A stretch of 43,423 bases of DNA from Catajapyx aquilonaris (taxonomy: Eukaryota): positions 1-43,423 of the forward strand of contig KZ538867.1 of the NCBI GenBank assembly GCA_000934665.2, given 5' to 3'. How positions within the stretch are numbered: the stretch's first letter is position 1; the number at the start of each line of letters is the position of its first letter. Positions 35,787-43,423 of the stretch are shown piece after piece. The notes beneath the pieces are model-generated. The model had not been told where the DNA came from and did not search any database. It saw only the letters and a program-made list of their open reading frames with translations. Both the position numbers and the translations under genes were made by a program.

Positions 35787-36566
35787 AAACATGCATTTGC
35801 TACTGCAGAGTGTGCCTAGCTACATTGAAATGTTAAATTCCTGTTTTATGAAGTTGTGTTGGTGATTCCTGCACTACATTGTCTTGTGATAGCCCCAGCC
35901 AAGGAACTGTTGTGGGCCTTTCACATTGTATATCCTGATGGCTTGTGAGTGTCCAATACACATGAAAATTTTTGATGGCAGGAAGCATGCATCCTCACAG
36001 CTTGTCTTAACTGCACCTTGAATTCATTGCATGGCTTCCCTTGTTTTAAAACTACTTTGGCTTGAACCTAGGTCCACATGGAGTTTTCTGTTTTCTGTTT
36101 TCCCGAGGTTCCATTCATCTACGCTTTTTCCTCTTCTCCCCCATTGGCATTCCTTGCAGCCTGGTGGACGCATGTATTGGACACGTGATTTAGAGCATGG
36201 ATCCAAGGGAGGTGAGAGGTATGACCAAAATGGAAACATCCGCAGTGGATGTACAACAGCAGGACACATTGTCTGTCATGATCTTCATACTTTTTTTCAA
36301 GGAACCATATGCCAGGGCTGCTAGTGGCTGCTAGTCATCTAGACATGTCAAGCATGGCTGATCCCCTCTCTCCCACACCCCAGCATTGATGTCTTGGTGG
36401 TGATGGTGATGGTGATGATTGTGAAGTAGCCAGTGTAGCCTCTTAGGGCTGGGTACATGATTGATGGTTAATCCAAACAAGTGGCTGATCTATGTTGATC
36501 ACACATGATTAATCACTTCTTCTGGATTTACAGCTGATCATGCAACTGGCCCTTGGGGGCCTTTTA

Positions 36567-37123
36567 CAAGGGTTAGATTTTAAGTAGTGGCAACTATGTT
36601 CCCCTTGCCCATGGAAATGGGGTTGTGGCTTCTGCCCAAGAAGGGAGATCCAGACAGACATGGGGCTTGTTTTTGTCAAGTTTGGACCTGATTGTGCTAC
36701 TGATGATGGTGAGAGGGTAGCTCAAAGAGGCCACATCCTCACACACCGCCCTAAGCCATGGCATCGAAGTTAGAACAGCACTCTTGGTTGAAGTTCGTGA
36801 TGGCGAGAGGCTACTACTGCGACTTCTTGGAACACCATCTGAGACCAGCGATACGATGCAAGCAACTGCACTTCCTGAACACCAGCCCCTTGACCAGTGC
36901 TATTGTGTTGCATGACAAGTTGACAACACACGTTGCCATGTCACAGCTGCAGTGAGAGAATTATTGCTTCATTGGCAATGGGAAACGCTGGAGTACCCTC
37001 CCTACTCTCCAGACATGAGCCCTTGCGATTTTGATTTGTTCACGAAAATGAAGGAACCAGTGCGAGGGAAATGTTTTCCAAGCATTGAACCGATAGTACA
37101 TGCTTTAGGGCAGGTGATTGCAG

Positions 37124-37181
<58 letters not shown>

Positions 37182-37658
37182 TCATACCCCGTTATCAGCC
37201 ATCAGCTCTTTAGGGGGGAAGTCTGTTTTGGCTGGAACTCTTTGCTTTCATTTTACTGTGCTCATTGGGATAGGATAGGGACGGAAGGAAGCGGCTGTGG
37301 CCTATTAATTACGGAAGCAACTCCGGAATTTCCCTGGAAGGACCGTGGGAAACCACAGAAAACCACGGTCAGAGTTGCCGGCCCCGGAATTCGAACCCAG
37401 GACCTCCCGATTAGCAGTCGGACGCCTTATCCACTATGCCAACTTGCTTCGGTGGTGATTGCAGATATCAACAAACATCACTGCTGACAGCATCCAATGC
37501 CTCCCAGTGGCTCCCACATGTCTGGAAAAGGGTTGTGGAGTGCGGGGGTGACTACATTGAAGGTATATACAGTACAGATAACATTTGTTATTATTGTTAA
37601 TCAAAGATCTCTTTTGAAGCTGGTCGCAGTGTTGCCGCTATTAAAAATCTGACCCTTG
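36567..37658 (+). mobile_element. Internally deleted mariner element
   Basis: TA-CAAGGGTTAGATTTT ... AAAAATCTGACCCTTG-TA. Transposase motifs LHD, PPYSPDMSPCDFDLF, WKRVVECGGDYIEG, with stops and frameshifts. Confidence 0.9.
37128..37453 (-). mobile_element. SINE family B, copy 3, inside the mariner ORF
   Basis: Reverse complement of family B with a long (ATT)n tail. 15-bp TSD GGTGATTGCAGATAT. Confidence 0.92.
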
Positions 37659-39356
37659 TAAATAACTGACTTTATTAACTCTCCCTGTCGATAGATTTGA
37701 AAGTGGGTGGAAATGGGAGGACCCTGAGAAAACTTTTGCCAATGCAGAGAGAACCCATGAAATCATTCCATATGAAAAAATTGTCTGCCTAATCTGGATA
37801 TTGAACTCGAGACCTCAGGTAATTGTTCTGGCCTAAACTACTACAGTCTTACAGTATCCCTATCTAGAACAGTGTAACTTGGGATGACATTAAGCCATTT
37901 TTTCCTGTAACCCATGATTGGAAAATCATTATGTAGTTAGTGCAAATCACTAACCAACCACTAATGTCATTTGAAATACCCTAATATTTATAATGTCCAT
38001 GTTGACCATGTATAATAATATATGTCACCCAAACATATTGAATCAAATAAGGCACTACCATCCTTCGAATTAGTGATATTCAGGCAAATTACTGTATTTA
38101 TGATATTGTATTGAGCCAAATTATTGCTTTCTGAAGAAAAAAAAACTTGATCGCAATACCATGTGGTGTGATATTATTTGTCATACCCGCACTACGCATT
38201 TGGAGCTGCAGGTGTTTGCGGGGCTATCACTTTGTGGGAGCATTGAAAGTGTCCCAGTGTTTTTTTTTTTTCCTGAGCACACTAACTAAATGTGACCTTT
38301 TCCTGACAGTAAAATTTCTATACATCAAACTTCCCTAAGTCGAAGAAAATTATGAGCTTGGTTGGTCACAATGTAAAAGAATAGGAAACAAACTTCCCTA
38401 CTAACTCGAATATCTATAACTCGGAAGTTCTCCATAACTCGAGGTGCAGGCAGGGCCTTACGGTGGGATATCAATGCATTTTCAGTCTCCCTAAGTCGAA
38501 GTTCATGTTGGCGGTACGGAAAATTTTCTCATTTCCCAGCCGAAGGGTCGAGAGTACAGATATGTACAGAAAGGTTTCAATATCCTGATCTCCGTCTATC
38601 AGACGTACCGAAAGAAGTGACGTTAGACTCGATTGTGACAATTGAATCCTTGAATCTAACAGTAGGCAAATGTCCATAACGGAGATTTTTTTACAAGAAA
38701 ACCACGAGGAACATTGTAAGTGTGATAGTGACAGTAAGGGGAGGCGGAGTGGTGTTGCGGTAACGTACGCGCCCACAGATGTTAAGGTCCGGGTTTGATC
38801 CCAGCCCGGGGACACCCCCTTCATCTCGTGAAGAGTTCAGGGTCACCTCTGGCTTCGTCTCAGGTGGTATTTCCACAGACTAAGGGGGGCAAAATGAACG
38901 CCATTGCAGCCGCAAAAGTGTTTACGTTACCTTGGTTACCTGCGGTTTGCGGGAGGGCGCGAAAACGAACACCCTTGCAGGTTGCAAGTCGGCCTGCAGA
39001 TTGCAGACTTGCAGCCACAAGTTGCAGGCAGGTTGAGGGGTCCCGCAAGTGACTTGCAGTCGGTTTTGTAGTGGGGAAATCTTCACTTGGACACTGTGCT
39101 GATCACTTTTGGTCCGGGTACATTTTCGGCGGGAGAGTTCTGAGCGACCACGGAAGTGTCTTCGAACGCCCCACGCAGTTTCTTCGTCGGGGGGTACCTT
39201 TATTACGACGGTATACCAAATTTGGCGATAAGAAAGGTGACCCACGAACTTGCAACACCCTGTATAACTAATGTAATGTAATAGTATGGCTGATATAACC
39301 AATATAGCTAGTATGATTGCCATATTGGTTATAGCCAGTATGATGGATAGCCTACA

Positions 39357-39572
39357 CAGGGTGTTCGAAATTCGTGGCTCGTTTTTATAACTGATATCGC
39401 CAGATACTAGTTATTATTTGTAGCTTGTTGTGCCCCTAACCAGGTGCCCCATTCTATAGCAACAGCTATACTCGACCCCCTGGGAGTAAAATGTAGCACA
39501 ACAAGCCACAAAAATAACTACTATCGGGCGATATCAGTTATAAAAACTGACCCACGAATTTCGAACACCCTG
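39357..39572. mobile_element. Tc1-like MITE
   Basis: CAGGGTGTTCGAAATTCGTGG ... CCACGAATTTCGAACACCCTG with long arms. A related solo end finishes at 39262. Confidence 0.82.
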
Positions 39573-39736
39573 TATAACCAAGAAACTAGTATGACAATAT
39601 AACTGAGTTATATTGGTTATATAGTTATTATTATAGTTATATGTTATATACGCACATTGGTTATAACTTGTATGATGTAACCAATGTAACCAGTATGTCT
39701 GGTATAACCATTATAACAACAGTACGTCGGCCGACG

Positions 39737-39998
39737 TCGGCCGGCGATCAAAACCTCGTAACTCCATTTTGCGCGAAAATGGACTTACGTACCTCGTAAG
39801 TCCCTTTGCACAACTTTGCAACGGTGTAGTCGTGTACACGAATTCAACATCATCCTCATGAAAGGTAAGGTTTACGTTACGCTATACTGTAGGAATAATA
39901 TTGTCAGCATGAACAGAAAACATGATTTTACAAAATGTTTTTTGTCCCTCCTGTAAAATTTGGTCTTGAGGAGTTACGAGGTTTTGAACGCCGGCCGA
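39737..39998. mobile_element. Sola-like MITE
   Basis: TIR of about 29 bp TCGGCCGGCG(A/T)TCAAAACCTCGTAACTCC. Subterminal sequence resembles the 8635-9718 element. Confidence 0.65.
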
Positions 39999-40960
39999 GT
40001 TATTATTTTTTTGATCGCCGACCGAGTTATTATTATTGTAGTATGACCAACTATGACAGTTATATTAGTTATAACTAATATAACTGATGTAACTATGGTA
40101 GTATGACAGTAATATTGGTTATTACTAGTATGTGTGATGTAACCAATATAACTACTTTGGAATAACTGATATCACAATGCAGTTTCGCACCAAATGTCAG
40201 GCAAAAAAATCTGGAGCTTGTTCCTATCTGTTATTATAGCTGCTACCTCTAAATATACCGTCTGCCAAAATAGCCGCGTTAAAACTCGTGGTCCGGGTCT
40301 GAACAATCCCATATTGTTATAACTTGGTGAGACCAAATTTTATCAAAATATTGTGCTTTATCTTTGACTGGACGACTGACAATGGATGACGGTGAAAAAT
40401 TGTGACCATGTAGTACATTATTGGGCTGTCATTGGATGGCGGGCGGCTCTGGACCATAATATATTCTGTGATAGCCTATATGAAAGATATATGAATGTAT
40501 GGTGGTGGTGGTGGTGGTGGTGGTGGTGGTGGTGTTACACTGAACACCTATCCCTATAATGCTTACATCAAGTCAAGGTGGGGTGGAGAGCCCATATTCA
40601 AAGCTGAAAGATCTGTGTATGAAGAATGCTACAGAAATTATTAATTTCTGTGCTGCAGGTTCAGAGAGCCACATTTAGAGCTTCTCTCTCACTCCAGCAT
40701 GTCCCCCGAGACGATGGACCTGCACCGAACTGTAGTTAGTTATGGTTTAAAGCCTACCGCAAAAAATAATGATAATTATCCGAGCAAAATAAACCGCAAT
40801 TGTAGGCATAAAACTACCCACGTCCATGCAGCGCGCCGTATAAGCGGCAGGCAGGAGAGGTGAACATCTGTCGACAGCAGTGCCGCCTGGCGGTGCGGCG
40901 TTCGATTTTTTGGGAGGCTGAGCTTTTCCGTTGGAGGGATACCCGATCGGCATACTAGTT

Positions 40961-41233
40961 GGTTTGGTTTGGTTTGGTTTATTTGGAAGAAGCCAAAGCA
41001 ACTATGGCTATCTGGCTGTAAGAAGAAGCAAAGGTGGGACAGATAGAGAGAGAAACGAAGAGGGGAAAGAAGAGAGGAAAGACTGGCATCTCTCTTAGTC
41101 TGTCTCCTATCCCAAAGACCTGTCCGGCTTGGGTGGCCCTACCAGTAGACGAAGCTACGGCCGGCATAGCTCTTGGGGTCACGGGAGAAACGCAAACCCC
41201 ACCACCACGATAAGGTGGAGATACCATCGGGGG
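40961..41233 (-). mobile_element. Short bipartite retroposon without a tRNA head
   Basis: 12-bp TSD GGCATACTAGTT, (AAACC)n tail on the minus strand, 5' part resembles RTE-clade 5' UTR motifs. Confidence 0.78.
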
Positions 41234-41717
41234 GGCATACTAGTTTATTCTAGGTACTATAACAATGTACCTAGCATACTAGTTTATTCTAGGTACTATA
41301 ACAATGGGTACAACAATCGTGACGTCATGATATGGCTTCCCTCCCGTCGATTTCCGTATTTCCAAACCTGCCTACTTGCAGGCCGACCGCAACATTTGCA
41401 GCCGCACGAAAACGGTGTTCTTTTTAGCTCGCACCGTAACCATGGCGACGGAACGCAGGTAACTTGTTTACTGCAAGTACTTGCAGGCGGGCGTTCATTT
41501 TACAGCCCTAAACCACCCGGGGGAGTTCACTAAAAATGGCCACATTAAGACATTGCACTGCACCTTGCACATCCCCTCCTGTCACCCTGCCCGTGGGCCC
41601 TGGCGCTACGTCATCAGGTCCAATGTATACTAATGTACAGTATATGAGTAATAAAGGTCTGTGCCATATAACTCGTAAGGAGTTCGTGCACTACCCGGAT
41701 TATTATTATTATTAGGC

Positions 41718-41809
<92 letters not shown>

Positions 41810-41880
41810 GTGACAGTAATTTTTAAGTATTGAACACCTTTCATCGCTGGATATAAAGGTAGGCTTCGTTATAGAGTTCT

Positions 41881-42214
41881 TCGGGTAAGACGGAGTGGCG
41901 CTGTGGTAACGTATGCGCCCACGGATGTTAAGGTCCCGGGTTCAATCCCACCCCGGGGACACCCCCTTCATCTCGTGCAGAGTTCAGGGTCACCTCTGGC
42001 TTCGTCTCGGGTGGTATTTCCACTGACTAAACCACCCGGGGGAGTTCACTAAAAATGGCCACAGATAAGACATTGCACTGCACCTTGCACATCCCCTCCT
42101 GTCATCCTGCCCTTGGGCCCGGGCGCTACGTAATCAGGTCCTGATGTATACTAATGTATATGAGTAATAAAGGTCCGTGCAATATAACTCGGAATGAGTT
42201 CATGCACTACCTGG

Positions 42215-42257
<43 letters not shown>
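41881..42257 (+). mobile_element. SINE family A, full copy
   Basis: Matches the reverse complement of 3109-3478. (TTA)n tail, TSD TTATAGAGTTCT. Confidence 0.9.
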
Positions 42258-42262
<5 letters not shown>

Positions 42263-43423
42263 GAGTTCTGTGCTTTAAAAATGCCAAACTTCTCTAACTC
42301 GAAGTTTTCTCCCGGTCCCATGGAGATTCTACTTATAGAAGTTTTACAGATGTATCGAAGGCAATGTGTCAGGAATTATGTTGTACATTGCACGCTGACA
42401 GAGTTTTTGATAAATAGGAAGTGAGAAATTTTGATTGCTTAAGGAATGCTGTGGAAAATTTGCACCATAAGGACCTAAGTCCTAAAGTCACACCAATTTT
42501 GGAACTGCATCTAGGTAGAATATGAACATCTGAGTTGATGGCAATTTTGTAATGCATTTTACACAATTGCCAGAAGGTACCTGTGAAGTGTCGGTACCTT
42601 TTTGTGCCTACATACATGAAGGATTGAATTTCACAGCAGGATAATATAATTATGGCATCTTTACAATTAAATCTGTGCTCTTTTAATTATAGCCATTTCT
42701 TCGCATTTCTTAGCCACCTCAAGACACATTCTTGTGACTCGACAGATGCTACAGGTAATCATACTGTACCATACTGTATACATCGCTGTACATTATTATT
42801 AATATGCATAATGATTATCACCATGTATAGTAAAAGTACATATGGGGGAAATTTGAGAAGTCGTGGAAGACAGTTACAAATTACATTATGTATCAAAATT
42901 ATAAATTATCACAAAACCAATTCCTATGGAATTGTAAAAAAAAGGAAAGTAAGATCTAAGTGACGGATAGAAATTACTGAAACAAGACTGGGCTGCGTAA
43001 GATCTTCACCATATGGGTAAATGTAACCCAGAGATCTTACTTCCGCATTTAACGTTATACAAGATGGTGTTGATCAAGTCATCTTTGTGCTGGACTGCTG
43101 GGTGTTAGTATTAGTGATTGTAGGGCTGAGAATAGTATTCCCACGAGTTTATAGGCTGGTTTTTTGAATGATGATTGGTTAAATACTTATGACTTGCTAA
43201 CAGTAAGTGATTACTTGTCTGGTTGGTTGGAGATTGGTTGTTCGGAGGGTTGATTTTTTCTTTGTTGTTACATTGATTAAATGAGGTGCTGGTTGGTTGA
43301 TTGATTTAATGGTTAATCGATTAGTTGGGGGGCTAGGATGTTAATTGGTTAACAGAATGGTTTATTAGACTCTGGATCTTTTAGACAATTTCTAACCTGA
43401 CATCTTGTGAAACGTTAAATGCG

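Larger units (their letters stand above)
38884..41508. mobile_element. PIF/Harbinger-like non-autonomous element
   Basis: TAA TSD (the intact SINE reads GACTAAACCACCC), TIR GGG....AAAATGAACGCC, subterminal TTGCAG repeats. Confidence 0.82.
38738..41807 (+). mobile_element. SINE family A copy split by a 2.6-kb insertion
   Basis: Head 38738-38883, body resumes at 41512, (TTA)n tail, 12-bp TSD TAGTGACAGTAA. Confidence 0.9.
38307..42349. mobile_element. Tigger/pogo-like MITE, outermost layer of the nest
   Basis: CAGTAAAATTTCTATA versus TATAGAAGTTTTACAG, with repeated TAACTCGAA/TAAGTCGAA motifs near both ends. TSD is unclear. Confidence 0.55.

Noticed and set aside
37242..37487. Recurrent ORF MLSFYCA...RTQDLP in three places
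   Set aside because: Antisense translation of SINE B copies, not a gene family.
41236..41310. 39-bp tandem duplication beside the retroposon TSD
   Set aside because: Simple local duplication with no sign of function.

Overview
Eukaryotic DNA, most likely arthropod. The window holds the 3' part of a multi-exon BAZ2B/toutatis-like chromatin gene on the + strand. Coding exons run from 833 to a TAG stop at 31266 and encode a coiled coil, DDT, WHIM/WSD motifs, an acidic repeat region, two PHD fingers and a bromodomain. The 5' (MBD/TAM) part lies upstream of the window. Introns are bimodal: 57-147 nt, or roughly 0.8-10 kb with the largest filled by nested non-autonomous transposons (Tc1/mariner, pogo-like, hAT, piggyBac, PIF/Harbinger, Sola-like, ISL2EU-like, Academ-like) and three tRNA-derived SINE families. 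The most notable observations are: a 42-nt in-frame microexon with UGC/TGCATG splicing motifs, a possible intronic terminal exon, a cleanly folding tRNA-like cloverleaf with a non-canonical anticodon loop in the putative long 3' UTR, a bipartite non-tRNA retroposon, a nested-palindrome fold-back structure and several multi-level TE nests. I found no convincing novel multi-gene system. All exon and TE calls were made by eye, without database searches.
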